The notes below the pieces were generated by a model, which saw nothing but the letters and a program-made list of their open reading frames with translations, was not told the DNA's origin and searched no databases. Below are positions 26,966 through 36,517 of a stretch of 64,000 bases of DNA, piece after piece. Positions within the stretch are counted from its first letter, which is position 1. The number at the start of each line of letters is the position of its first letter. The position numbers and the translations under genes are program-made. Source of the stretch: a virus; IMG/VR virus record IMGVR_UViG_3300044648_000206, positions 1-64,000 of that record; one strand, 5' to 3'.

Positions 26966-28178
26966 GGTGCGAGAAGAGGTCCGGGAGCCGGAGACCATCC
27001 GGGGCCGGATCATGGCGGCCTTCGACCGCGACGAGCTGAGCCGGATCTGCACGCTGCCGGAACGGCGGTTCGCCAAGGCTTACGGGCTGCGGCGGTACAA
27101 GGTCGAGCAGCCCCAGCCGTACCGGTCGGGGACCGGGGTGCTGGTCGCCCCTGCCGCGCCCCCGTCGTACCGGTACACCTGCCCGGACGACTTCTTCGCC
27201 TACCGGGACAACGGGTCGAACATCCTGGCGGTGGCCCACCTGGACACCGTCGTGATGCCGATCGACCGGATGTGCGACTTCGCCGAGACCGCCGATGGCA
27301 CGGTGGTGCACTCTGGTGCCCTGGACGACAGGCTCGGCGCTTACGTGATCCTCGACATGCTCCCGAAGCTGGGGATCAACGTGGACGTGCTGCTCACCAC
27401 CGGTGAGGAGTCCGGCAAGTCCACGGCCAAGTTCTTCCAGCCGCCCAAGGGGAAGGACTACCACTGGATGATCGAGTTCGACCGCGGTGGCACTGACGTC
27501 GTGATGTACCAGTACGACTCCAGGGACATGGATGAGATCGTCCGCTACTCGGGTGCCAAGACCGGCAACGGCGCGTTCTCGGACATCTGCTACCTCGAGC
27601 ATCTGCTGATCAAGGGCTTCAACTGGGGCGTCGGGTACCAGGACTACCACGGGGTGCGCGGCTACGCCTACCTCGAGGACCTGTTCCAGATGCTCACCTA
27701 CTTCGTGCGGTTCCACGACATGTGGGCCGACACGAAGCTCGACCACGACCCCAAGGACAAGAAGTCCGGTCGGGGCTGGTGGCGTGGTGGCGGCGGTGGT
27801 CACCACCACGGTAGGCATGACCACAGGAGAGGAGGACCTGGAGGGCTCTGGGGCGCCCAGAGCGGCAGTGGGGGTTGGTGGGACGACCCGCCACCCACGG
27901 TCAAGGACAAGAAGGACAAGGACGACGGAGAGGACAAGAAGCGAATGAGCAGTGCTGCAAGCGTGCTCGACGACATCGAAGGGCCGGGGCCGATGGTCTT
28001 GGCCGGAGACACCCAGGGCGAGATCGAGGTGATCTCGCTGGACGAGGTCCTGGAGGCGGTGGGCAGCGACGGGCTGGACAAGCTCGTCGACGACCCGCGC
28101 CTGGCGGGCTCGCCGAAGTGGGGCGACAGCCTCGCGACGTCGGACCCGACCGACCCTGAGTTTGTGAGCCCGGCATGA
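26952..28178 (+). CDS. M20/M28-like Zn metallopeptidase with low-complexity tail
   Basis: AHLDTV, GALDDRLG, GEESG, EFDRGG, FSDI, GYQDYH. Confidence 0.85.
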   Translation: MSSPEVREEVREPETIRGRIMAAFDRDELSRICTLPERRFAKAYGLRRYKVEQPQPYRSGTGVLVAPAAPPSYRYTCPDDFFAYRDNGSNILAVAHLDTVVMPIDRMCDFAETADGTVVHSGALDDRLGAYVILDMLPKLGINVDVLLTTGEESGKSTAKFFQPPKGKDYHWMIEFDRGGTDVVMYQYDSRDMDEIVRYSGAKTGNGAFSDICYLEHLLIKGFNWGVGYQDYHGVRGYAYLEDLFQMLTYFVRFHDMWADTKLDHDPKDKKSGRGWWRGGGGGHHHGRHDHRRGGPGGLWGAQSGSGGWWDDPPPTVKDKKDKDDGEDKKRMSSAASVLDDIEGPGPMVLAGDTQGEIEVISLDEVLEAVGSDGLDKLVDDPRLAGSPKWGDSLATSDPTDPEFVSPA

Positions 28179-28933
28179 GTGCCCCGGGGACGAAGCTGAC
28201 GTTCGACGTCAGCGGGACGCTGCGCGGCGACGGCCGGGTCACCATCGGCTGCCAGCCGTTCACCATGGCCGAGCTGACCAACTCGGCCGAGGAGGTGACG
28301 GCGGCCCGCAACACGGTCACCGTCCGGCGTGCCGTGGGCACCGTGGGCGAGGGCGACAGGGTCTCGTTCGCCGGGACCGGCGGCCGGACCTTCGCGGAGC
28401 GACAGGTCCGTGGGGTCGCCCGCAACCTGCAGGTCGAGGAGCCCCAGGCGGCTCGGATCGCGGCCACCTCGGTCGACGACCCGGCCCCTGGCAGCGTCCT
28501 GCAGGCCACGAAGGGCAACAAGCGCCACCTGTTCGTTCTCGTCGAGGAGGACGGCGAGCTGGTGGCCTACCGGAACCGCCGGAACCCGGACTACATCGAG
28601 GAGTGGCAGGACAAGTACTCCTCGGAGAAGGGCTGGGTCTGGTCGGTGCTCGGCAGCGAGTCGGCCGAGGCGGGTGCCCAGGCGGTCAACGCCCAGGCGA
28701 ACCCCAACCCGGCCACCCTGCGCTGGCAGGAGGGTGACCAGGTCGAGTGGATCGACGGCCGGGTCCCGAGCACCGGTCCGCGGACTCGGGACTCCCAGGG
28801 CCGGTGGTGGCGGCAGAACGGCCACCGCCGCACGGCCGGTCGGCGCTGGAACTGGACCGACGACCGCTACGACCGCATGATCGCGGCGGGCAAGGTCCGC
28901 ATCATCACGAAGGGCGGTGTGCACTTCACCTGA
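28175..28933 (+). CDS. hypothetical protein
   Basis: Coupled ORF, last gene of rightward operon. Confidence 0.65.
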   Translation: MSAPGTKLTFDVSGTLRGDGRVTIGCQPFTMAELTNSAEEVTAARNTVTVRRAVGTVGEGDRVSFAGTGGRTFAERQVRGVARNLQVEEPQAARIAATSVDDPAPGSVLQATKGNKRHLFVLVEEDGELVAYRNRRNPDYIEEWQDKYSSEKGWVWSVLGSESAEAGAQAVNAQANPNPATLRWQEGDQVEWIDGRVPSTGPRTRDSQGRWWRQNGHRRTAGRRWNWTDDRYDRMIAAGKVRIITKGGVHFT

Positions 28934-28978
28934 GCCCCGGTCAGGGCACGGAACCCTCCCCCAGGGGTCCTGGCCGGC

Positions 28979-29060
28979 GTCCGTAGGCGGGCATGGTGTC
29001 GGAGGAGATCTCCGAACGGGTCCGTTCGCCAGAAGCCCTGTGAAACACCCGCCTGCGGGC
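28979..29060 (+). ncRNA. structured RNA motif A, copy 2
   Basis: GGCGGGCATGGTG...GAGAT...TGAAACACCCGCC shared with 4191-4269, compensatory stem changes. Confidence 0.7.
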
Positions 29061-29090
29061 ACTACCCTTGAGTACGTCCTTCCAGAGGAC

Positions 29091-29128
29091 AGAGGCCCCG
29101 GTCCCCTTCGGGGGGCCGGGGCTTCTTC
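29091..29128. terminator. terminator between convergent operons
   Basis: GAGGCCCCGGTCCCC-TTCG-GGGGGCCGGGGCTTC followed by TT. Confidence 0.75.
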
Positions 29129-29138
29129 ATGCCCAGAT

Positions 29139-32100
29139 TCAGCTTCCGGTGCCCCGACCCCGGGTCAGCTTGCGGAACCGGGCCTCCTCGTTCATCTTCT
29201 TGGTGAAGGCCTGCGGGTCGTCGGCCACCACGTGCAGGTTGCCGATCGAGAACTGGGTCCGAGCGTCGACGTGCATCCCGCCGGCACCCCCGCCGTTGCG
29301 CACGGTGGACGGGATGGTCCGCATGTTGGCCACCGCGTTGCGGGTGACCTGCTCGAGCAGGCCGGACATGAAGGCCACGCCCCGGCTGTTGAGCGGGATG
29401 ATGGCCTCGGGGCCCTCCTCGGCCACCAGACCCAGGCGTGGGGTCACCGCGATGCCGCCCAGGGCGTTGCGCTTGACCCGACCCTCCGTGGCCCGCGCGG
29501 ACGGCGGGCTGTAGGTGCCCACGTTCGGGTCGGTGGAGCTGTAGAGGTCCTTGAACAGCTCGGGGAACTTGGACTTGAGCTTCTCCAGCTCGCTGACGAC
29601 CTTGTCGCCCATCTTGCCCAGGTTGGCCGTGATCAGGTCGCTGGCCGCCACCAGGACGTCGGCGAACTCTCCGCTGACCTCCTCGCTCATGCGGACCAGG
29701 TCCTCCTTGGCCCGGCGGGTCTGCTTCTCGTAGGCCTCGGCCTGGCGAGCCAGCACGCGCTCGTGCGCCGAGACCGCCCGCTTCGTCATGATCTCGTAGT
29801 TCTCGGCCATGTCGGCCAGGGTGCGGGCGTTGGCCTCCCGAGCCCGCTGCTGGGCGCGCTCGAAGTCCTCTGAGGCCCGCTCCATGCCCCGGCGGTAGTC
29901 CGCCATCATCCGGCGGTAGTCCCGGCTCAGGTCGGACTGGGTGAGGTCCTCGGTGACCTCCTGGCGCCGGGCAGCCCGCTTGTTGAGCTTGTTGACCAGG
30001 TTCGGGTTCGCCTTGGCGTCCTCGGCGATCCGAGCGGCCTGCTGGGCGTTGGCCGGGTCGGCCAGCTTGAGCATGTCGATGGTCTTCTGGCTCAGCCCGA
30101 GACCCTCGAGCTTGCGCAGGTTCTCCACCTGGTCGTCGATCATCCGGTTCTGGTTCTTCATGTTCTCGATGACCGAGGCGGCGCTCATGGTGAACTCGCT
30201 GCGCCGGCGCGCGAACGGGTCCGCGATCGAGGAGGCGGTGTCCTCAGCCTGCCGCTTGAGCGACCGGTTGAAGTCCTCCTGGTTGCGGGCCATCGAGAGG
30301 TTGAAGTCCGCGGTCTGCTGCGACATCGAGATGTTGAAGTCGCGCTGGCTGCGGGCCCGGGACCGGTAGTAGTCGTCCTCGCTGTGCTCCATCGAGCGCC
30401 AGAAGTCCTGGTTGGCGTACTCGATCGAGAGCCGCATGTCCTCGTCGGACCGGCGCATCTGCACGGCGAAGTTCTTCTGCGCCTGCACGATCTGGACCAT
30501 GTAGTCGTAGTAGGACTTCTTCTGGCCCTCGAGCTCCTGGCGGGCCGCGTTGAGCCGCTCCTGGTGGTCGGGCGCGTCGGCGCTCTCGGCCGACACCGAC
30601 CGGAAGTTGGCCACCGAGGAGTCCAGCCGGCCGACCCGGCCCTGGTAGCCCATGGCCGCCTGGCGCTGCTGAGCGTTGAGCTGCTGGGCGGACTGGGCCA
30701 GCTGGTACAGCGGGTCGCTGGTGTCCTTGATCGTCGCCTTGAGCTTCTGCAGCTCGGCGTCGGTGGCCGCGAACGTGTCGCCCATGGTCTTGGACTTGAC
30801 GCTGGCCTCGCTGAGCTCCGAGAGCCCGGTGGGCGGGCCCTGGACAGCGGTCTTGCCGGTCTCCTTGGCCTTGTCCAGCAGGGTGAGGATGCCCTGGTAC
30901 TGCTTGTTGACGTCGCCCGGGTTCTTGATGGCCTCCTGCACCGTGGGGTTGAGCAGCCCGACTCGGCCGATCGCGCCCTGGGACATCAGGCCGGACCGGT
31001 AGGCCGAGGGGTCGGTGTTGCGCAGCTGCAGCAGCTCAGGTGTGCTGGCGCCGCCGAAGTCGACGCCCTCCTTGCGCAGCTCCTTGACGGCCTTGGCGAC
31101 CTTCTTGTTGTCGTTCTTGGCCAGGAACTCGTTGAAGAAGTAGTCCGCGACCTCGGACTCGGTCATGCCCTTGGTCTTGTTGGCGAAGCTGGCCGACTGG
31201 AAGCCAGTCTTCTCACCGTCGAGGAAGGACTTCTCGAAGCCCTGCACCGTCTGGTAGGCGGTGCGGCCGCCGCGGGTCTTCGGGCCCAGCGGCGAGGACT
31301 CCACGTCGAGGTTCTTACCCAGGGCCTTGCCCACCAGCTCGCGGGTCTCGTTGACCTGCAGCTGGGTGGCGTACTTGTCGTTGTACTGCTTGGCGTTCGC
31401 GCCGTACTGGCCCTCGAGCGCGCCGTAGACCGCCTCCAGCATCTTGGCCGCAGTCGGGTTCGAGGCCCCGAAGAAGCCCTTGATGCCCTGGCCCTGCTCG
31501 GAGTCGATGTCCTTGACCAGCGCCCCGTAGTTGACACCCTTCTCGGCGTCCAGGCGCTTGAAGTAGGTGTCGGTGGCGTCCTGGGCCTTGCCCCGGCCCT
31601 GAGCCTGGGTGATGTCGGCCTGCACCAGCTGCATCTGGCGGGGGTCCTCCATCCCCATCAGCTGCATCAGGGCGGCGCGCGACCCAGTGGTCTTGAGGTT
31701 CTCGAAGATGTCGTTGGTGAGCTTGCGCTCAGGCATCCGGGCCAGCGACGCGACGTCGTCCGAGACCTCCCGGGTGGCGTCCATGCTCTTGGGCACCGGA
31801 AGCGCCTTGGTGGCGCTGATCACCGCGTCGGTGAACCGGCCAAGCTCGGAGGTGGACAGCCCCAGGGCGGCGTTGTAGGCGTCGATCGGCGAGGACTCCG
31901 GTGCCTCGACCTGGCCCTGCTTCTGGATGTCCCGGACAGCGAACGCACCGGCAGCGGCCAGACCCACGCCCGCCACCCACGGGTTGGCGCCCATGAGGCC
32001 GTACAGCGCGCCTCCAGCGCCCTTGGCCACCCCGCCGGCGGCCTGCATGGTCAGCGAGGCAGCGGCCCGCACACCGGCCGCCTGGAGCTTCATGAAGGTG

Positions 32101-33950
32101 ACGGCGGTGGCACCGGCCTGGGTGGCCAGCACCCGGCCCGCGCTGGCGTTGGCCAGCTGCGCCGTGGTGGCCATCGCGGTCGCCCGGTTCATCTCCTTGA
32201 CCCGACGACCGAAGTCCTCCGGGTCGCGCATCGCCCCGGCCAGGTCCTTGGTCGAGGCCGGAGCGCCGGAGCGGATGCCCTGGATGAAGGCGCCCCAGTT
32301 CTGCGGCATGGCAGCTCGAGCGATGTTGCCGACGTTGCCCATCACCGGGGCCGGTCGCGAGAAGCCGTCTGTGCGGGACTGCCGGTAGAAGTCCCGCTGC
32401 ATGTTCATCACGAAGCGCGAGGCCTGGAACGGGGCTGCGATGGCGCGGTTCATCAGCCGGCCGGGCTGGTTGCCGCCCATCGCCTGGCCGAAGCCCTGAG
32501 CTGCCAGGTAGCCCGGGCGCTCCCACCAGCGCATCTCCCGGGCGGTGGAGCGAGCCAGGGCAGCCGCACCCATGGTGCCGGCGGCCGGAGTGGTGCCCAT
32601 CGCCTGGGCCTGGCCGACCTGGTAACCGCCCCGGATGCCCTGCATGGTCTGGGACTTGGCCACCATGCCGACACCGGCGATGGTCGCCTTGAGCCCACCA
32701 GCCGCCATCGCGCCACCCATGAGCAGCGCGCCGGCCGAGCCGAAGGCGCCGATGGCGGTGGCTGCCGCGCCCATGTACCCCGCGATCGGGGCCACCGACG
32801 CGGCCATGTCGTTGAAGCCCGAGGTGGCCATCGTGAGGAACTTGAGCATCGGCTGGCCGGCCTCGGTGGTCACCTCCTGCATCATGTTCTTGGTGCGCTG
32901 GAGCTCGTCGTAGAGCCCGTCCATGGCCGCCGCCGAGCCGGAGTCCAGGGCCGAGGTGGTGCTGTAGGCGCCGGTCGCCTCGGCGATGGCCTTGCGCAGA
33001 CCGCCGGACTGGGAGACGGCCTGGATCGAGCGCAGCGCCCGGACGCCGTCGTAGCCCAGTCGGTCGAGGGTCTTGATCGAGTTCGGACCCTCCTTGTTGA
33101 TCTGCTCGAAGACGGCGGCCAGGGCCTCGCCCTTGTCCATCCGCTTGAACTGCTCGGAGGTGACCCCGATGAGGTTCGCGTACTTGGCGATCTCCGGGGA
33201 GCCGGTGGCGATCTGACGGGTGATGTCCGTCAGCATCGTGTTGAAGGTGTTGGCCGCGGCGAAGCCGTCAGCCCCGGCCTTGGTGAACGCGGTGGAGACG
33301 CCCAGCACGGACGCCTGGCTCATCTCGGCGGTGCGCGCGGCCGGTGCGATGGCCGCAGCGAAGGAGAGCACCCCGGAGGCGCTGACGCCGGCGTTCTTGG
33401 AGACCTGCAGCAGGCTGTTGGCGAAGACGTCCATCGTCCCCGCGTTGATGGTGCCCATCTGCTTCTGCAGCTCGACCATCTGCTGGGTAAGGCCGGGCAG
33501 GCTCTCTCCGGTGGCCGCACTGAGCTTGACCATCGACTCGGAGACCAGGCGCAGGTTCTTGCCGCCGGTCTGGCCGAGCTTGTCCATGACGTTGACCAGC
33601 TGGACGGCCTCGTCGCGGGCGATCGGGAAGTCACGGGTGATGGACTTCACCTGGTCGCGCATCTTGCCGAACGACTTGTCGGTGATGACCGCCGTGGCGT
33701 TGAGCGTCGACAGCTGCCGCTCGAAGCGGCCGGCCTCGACTCCGAGCGCGGTGACTCCAGCGGCGCCACCGGCGCCGAAGAGCATGAGCTTCTTACCGGC
33801 TCGCTTGCTGAGCCCGTCCAGCTTCTGCACGAGGCGGTCGACGGAGGCCGCCAGCTTGTCCGTCTCCTGGACCGCTGCGCCCATCTCCCGCTTGTACGGG
33901 TCGACTTCCGCGCCGAGCCGCACTGTCGCGTCGCGCGTTGCGTCGCTCAC
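29139..33950 (-). CDS. tape measure protein
   Basis: 1603 aa Ala/Gly-rich helical protein; C-terminal ALGGI...VAEEGPEAIIPL; follows tail chaperones. Confidence 0.92.
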   Translation of the reverse strand: MSDATRDATVRLGAEVDPYKREMGAAVQETDKLAASVDRLVQKLDGLSKRAGKKLMLFGAGGAAGVTALGVEAGRFERQLSTLNATAVITDKSFGKMRDQVKSITRDFPIARDEAVQLVNVMDKLGQTGGKNLRLVSESMVKLSAATGESLPGLTQQMVELQKQMGTINAGTMDVFANSLLQVSKNAGVSASGVLSFAAAIAPAARTAEMSQASVLGVSTAFTKAGADGFAAANTFNTMLTDITRQIATGSPEIAKYANLIGVTSEQFKRMDKGEALAAVFEQINKEGPNSIKTLDRLGYDGVRALRSIQAVSQSGGLRKAIAEATGAYSTTSALDSGSAAAMDGLYDELQRTKNMMQEVTTEAGQPMLKFLTMATSGFNDMAASVAPIAGYMGAAATAIGAFGSAGALLMGGAMAAGGLKATIAGVGMVAKSQTMQGIRGGYQVGQAQAMGTTPAAGTMGAAALARSTAREMRWWERPGYLAAQGFGQAMGGNQPGRLMNRAIAAPFQASRFVMNMQRDFYRQSRTDGFSRPAPVMGNVGNIARAAMPQNWGAFIQGIRSGAPASTKDLAGAMRDPEDFGRRVKEMNRATAMATTAQLANASAGRVLATQAGATAVTFMKLQAAGVRAAASLTMQAAGGVAKGAGGALYGLMGANPWVAGVGLAAAGAFAVRDIQKQGQVEAPESSPIDAYNAALGLSTSELGRFTDAVISATKALPVPKSMDATREVSDDVASLARMPERKLTNDIFENLKTTGSRAALMQLMGMEDPRQMQLVQADITQAQGRGKAQDATDTYFKRLDAEKGVNYGALVKDIDSEQGQGIKGFFGASNPTAAKMLEAVYGALEGQYGANAKQYNDKYATQLQVNETRELVGKALGKNLDVESSPLGPKTRGGRTAYQTVQGFEKSFLDGEKTGFQSASFANKTKGMTESEVADYFFNEFLAKNDNKKVAKAVKELRKEGVDFGGASTPELLQLRNTDPSAYRSGLMSQGAIGRVGLLNPTVQEAIKNPGDVNKQYQGILTLLDKAKETGKTAVQGPPTGLSELSEASVKSKTMGDTFAATDAELQKLKATIKDTSDPLYQLAQSAQQLNAQQRQAAMGYQGRVGRLDSSVANFRSVSAESADAPDHQERLNAARQELEGQKKSYYDYMVQIVQAQKNFAVQMRRSDEDMRLSIEYANQDFWRSMEHSEDDYYRSRARSQRDFNISMSQQTADFNLSMARNQEDFNRSLKRQAEDTASSIADPFARRRSEFTMSAASVIENMKNQNRMIDDQVENLRKLEGLGLSQKTIDMLKLADPANAQQAARIAEDAKANPNLVNKLNKRAARRQEVTEDLTQSDLSRDYRRMMADYRRGMERASEDFERAQQRAREANARTLADMAENYEIMTKRAVSAHERVLARQAEAYEKQTRRAKEDLVRMSEEVSGEFADVLVAASDLITANLGKMGDKVVSELEKLKSKFPELFKDLYSSTDPNVGTYSPPSARATEGRVKRNALGGIAVTPRLGLVAEEGPEAIIPLNSRGVAFMSGLLEQVTRNAVANMRTIPSTVRNGGGAGGMHVDARTQFSIGNLHVVADDPQAFTKKMNEEARFRKLTRGRGTGS

Positions 33951-34308
33951 GGGCCGCCTCTCGTCGCTGTCGGACGATCCGTCGAGCGTCTTCGACGGAC
34001 CCGGAGGAGATCAGGCGGACCGTGGTGCCCGGCGAGCTTCCTGCCTCCTCCTGGACGGCTTCCTTGAGGTAGCAGCCCATGCAGAAGTGCTCGACCGGGG
34101 AGTAGGCACGCTTGTTCTCCTCCCACTCCCAGCCTGCGGTTCCGCACAAGCCACACCGCTCGCTCTCCTCGAGCAGCAGGGCGAGGATCTGGGCCTGGCT
34201 GTCCGCCGACCGGTCGAGGAAGTCCTCGGGGTCGATGCCCTGGTCGGCGCAGTACTTCGTCCGAAGGTAGAACGCGGAGTCGTACCTCAGACGGTCGCGG
34301 TAGGGCCC
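33793..34308 (-). CDS. tail assembly chaperone, frameshifted C-terminal part
   Basis: -1 frame entered at G GGC CCT; CGLCGT...CMGC. Confidence 0.7.
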   Translation of the reverse strand, partial: GPYRDRLRYDSAFYLRTKYCADQGIDPEDFLDRSADSQAQILALLLEESERCGLCGTAGWEWEENKRAYSPVEHFCMGCYLKEAVQEEAGSSPGTTVRLISSGSVEDARRIVRQRREAARERRNARRDSAARRGSRPVQAGDGRSGPGDGQAGGLRRPPRAEAGRAQQASR

Positions 34309-34721
34309 AGGCGCAGCCCCGTGGAGCAGATCTCCATGCACTCGGCGAACAGCGACATGAGCTCACCGCGGTTCCAGTCCGGCGAGGTCCACAGGTCGCC
34401 CCACTCCTCGGTGGACATCGCGGGCTCGACGATGACCCGGGAGAGCAGGGCCGGCGCGAAGGTGTTGATGTTGAACGTCGACCCAGCGGCCCGCTGCTCG
34501 ATGTTGGGCGGGCAGTCGGTGACCAGCCGGTCGTAGTCCTTGGCCGAGATCGACCGGAAGAGGAAGCTCATCTCCTCGTCGTTGATGACGAAGGGAAGCT
34601 CGCGCTCCTGGCGCGGCTTCTTGCGGAGCTTGTCCAGCGTGGCGCGAGGCACCGGCGCCTGACGAGTCGTCTTGGGCGCCGGCGCCTCAGCGTCGGTCGT
34701 CTTCTCAGCAACAGCGGCCAT
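34287..34721 (-). CDS. tail assembly chaperone
   Basis: Between major tail and TMP genes; FRSISAKDYDRLVTDCPP. Confidence 0.8.
   Translation of the reverse strand: MAAVAEKTTDAEAPAPKTTRQAPVPRATLDKLRKKPRQERELPFVINDEEMSFLFRSISAKDYDRLVTDCPPNIEQRAAGSTFNINTFAPALLSRVIVEPAMSTEEWGDLWTSPDWNRGELMSLFAECMEICSTGLRLGPTATV
34302..34308 (-). other. programmed -1 frameshift slippery site GGGCCCT
   Basis: X XXY YYZ in frame (CTG GGC CCT) near chaperone stop; -1 frame reads GPYRDRLRYD. Confidence 0.65.
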
Positions 34722-34759
34722 CGTGGTACTCCAGGGGTGTCAGGGGTGGGTAGAGCGGA

Positions 34760-35236
34760 TCAGGCGACGATCGCGGCCTCGTTCGGCTCGATGTTGATCG
34801 AGCAGGTGACCGTGAAGGTCTGGACCGTGTTGTTGGCCATGTTCGCGGCGGTACGCGACACGACCGTGACCGGCCAGACCTCGACCGTGTCGCCGGCGAT
34901 CGGCAGCTGGTCGGTGCCCGAGCCGCCGAACCGGGACACGATGAAGAAGCCCTGGGTGCCACGCTCGAGCGTCTCCCAGGCGTCGTCCGACACGTCGTCG
35001 CGGTAGAAGTCGGCCGAGAAGGTCGCCTGCGACGTGCCGACGATGCTCGTCTCGAAGAGCGAGTCGAAGGACGGCGTGGGGACCGTGTTGCCCTGGCTGG
35101 AGGCGTTGAGCCCCATCAGGAGGCCAGTCAGGTCGACCGCCGCAGCGACCTCGGCGGCGGTGGGCTCGAGGTCGGCAGCCGCAACAACAGTCGCGAAGCC
35201 GACCCAGGTCTGCTCGTTGGGGATTACGCGGCTCAT
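34760..35236 (-). CDS. major tail protein
   Basis: PTAAEVAAAVDLT...GDTVEVWPVTV actinophage tail tube pattern. Confidence 0.85.
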   Translation of the reverse strand: MSRVIPNEQTWVGFATVVAAADLEPTAAEVAAAVDLTGLLMGLNASSQGNTVPTPSFDSLFETSIVGTSQATFSADFYRDDVSDDAWETLERGTQGFFIVSRFGGSGTDQLPIAGDTVEVWPVTVVSRTAANMANNTVQTFTVTCSINIEPNEAAIVA

Positions 35237-35547
35237 GCCAGCTCCTCGTCAGCGTCGGCCACGGTGGCCTCGTCTACTTCCGATGCTCCGGAGTCCGTCC
35301 ACTCAGGAACCGGCACTTCTGCTGAGGCCTCACCGTCAGCCGGCACCAGCTCGCCGAAGGACAGAACGAACTGCGGCTCGGGCGGCTCCGGCTCGGCCAG
35401 GTAGGCCTCGCTGGTCTCGGCGACCGTGAGCGACTCGTCGACCGGGAGCCAGCCGAACTTCGCCCAGGCCCGCAGCGAACTGCGGTGGACCTCCGAGACG
35501 GCACCCAGCCCGGGGTGGTGGACGTGCACGAACGTGCTGCGGGACAT
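35233..35547 (-). CDS. hypothetical tail-region protein
   Basis: MSRSTFVHVHHPGLG...WAKFGW; AAGGAG RBS. Confidence 0.6.
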   Translation of the reverse strand: MSRSTFVHVHHPGLGAVSEVHRSSLRAWAKFGWLPVDESLTVAETSEAYLAEPEPPEPQFVLSFGELVPADGEASAEVPVPEWTDSGASEVDEATVADADEELA

Positions 35548-35561
35548 GACCTCTCCTTGAG

Positions 35562-36038
35562 TTACTGGCTGAGCCAGACCGTGATGGTGTCGACCTCGCC
35601 GAAGGTGGAGGCGACCTGAGTGCCATCGACACGGCCGACGCCGCCGATGGCCGGGTACCAGATCTGCTGCACCCGGAAGAGCGCCCCGTCGAGGGTCACG
35701 TCGGTCCGGGTCAGGGAGCGCAGGCTCTTGCGGGCCTCGTGCGCCAGGGCCTCGGTCATCTTGCGGCTGATGCCGAAGGTGGACAGGCCGTAGGGCAGCT
35801 GCCAGCCGTCCTGCGGGTCCGAGAAGCTGCCGCTGGACAGGGTGGCCGTCTGTGGGGTCAGGACGTTGTAGGGCGTGAAGGTGGAGCCCTCCTCGCCCGG
35901 GTTGCCGGTCCAGCCGGCGTCCTTGAGCCCCTCGACCCGCTTGGGAGCCTCGGCGTCCCCGCACCGGAAGCCGGTCGCGGTCTCGATGGTGGCGATGAGC
36001 AGGTCGGTCAGTGCTCCGCGGTGGATCAGGGTCTTCAC
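35562..36038 (-). CDS. tail terminator protein
   Basis: Size and synteny. Confidence 0.65.
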   Translation of the reverse strand: MKTLIHRGALTDLLIATIETATGFRCGDAEAPKRVEGLKDAGWTGNPGEEGSTFTPYNVLTPQTATLSSGSFSDPQDGWQLPYGLSTFGISRKMTEALAHEARKSLRSLTRTDVTLDGALFRVQQIWYPAIGGVGRVDGTQVASTFGEVDTITVWLSQ

Positions 36039-36517
36039 AGCGCGCTCCTGGGGCCTTTGGTGATGAGCAGCTGGCCGCGCTCGGCGAGCTCACCGGCGTA
36101 GGGGTCCAGGGCCTGGATGGCGGCCGGCCGCATGAAGGGCTGGGCGTGCACACCGGGGTGGCGCACGACCTTGGCGTAGACGGTCTTGCCGCCCACCTGG
36201 AAGACCAGGTAGGGCTTGTCCTTGGGCCGGATCTCGATCATCTTCCCGGGGAACTCGCCTCGGGTTCCGGTGCCGAACTCCTGGTAGGCGCCGTAGGGCA
36301 CGGTGGGGCTGATCTCGGCCACCAGCCGGTCCACCCAGGTGATCTGGATCGAGGCGGCCAGCTTCCCGGTGTCCACCGGAGCCGCGGCGGCCGCGAGGGT
36401 CTGCACCTTGACGGCCGTCTCCTGGATGAGCTGCAGGGCGACCTTGTCGATCCCCTCCCCGCTGGCGTAGGCCAGGTCTGCTGAGAGCTGGCGCAGGTCG
36501 GCCGAGGCCGCCGTCAC
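36035..36517 (-). CDS. HK97 gp10-like neck protein
   Basis: APVDTGKLAASI...YGAYQEFGT...HPGVHAQPFMRPA. Confidence 0.85.
   Translation of the reverse strand: MTAASADLRQLSADLAYASGEGIDKVALQLIQETAVKVQTLAAAAAPVDTGKLAASIQITWVDRLVAEISPTVPYGAYQEFGTGTRGEFPGKMIEIRPKDKPYLVFQVGGKTVYAKVVRHPGVHAQPFMRPAAIQALDPYAGELAERGQLLITKGPRSAL

Noticed and set aside
30384-34067. Very long plus-strand ORFs antisense to real genes (also 1343-3223, 37450-39474, 43815-46205, 46877-49369, 51751-54174, 61285-63732)
   Set aside because: Shadow ORFs expected from high GC3 codon bias; no motifs and fully overlapped by well-supported minus-strand genes
5690-34750. Recurring CACCCCTGA before some RBSs (5692, 22472, 34740)
   Set aside because: Short, C-rich and also present in antisense orientation (38021); cannot be separated from chance by eye
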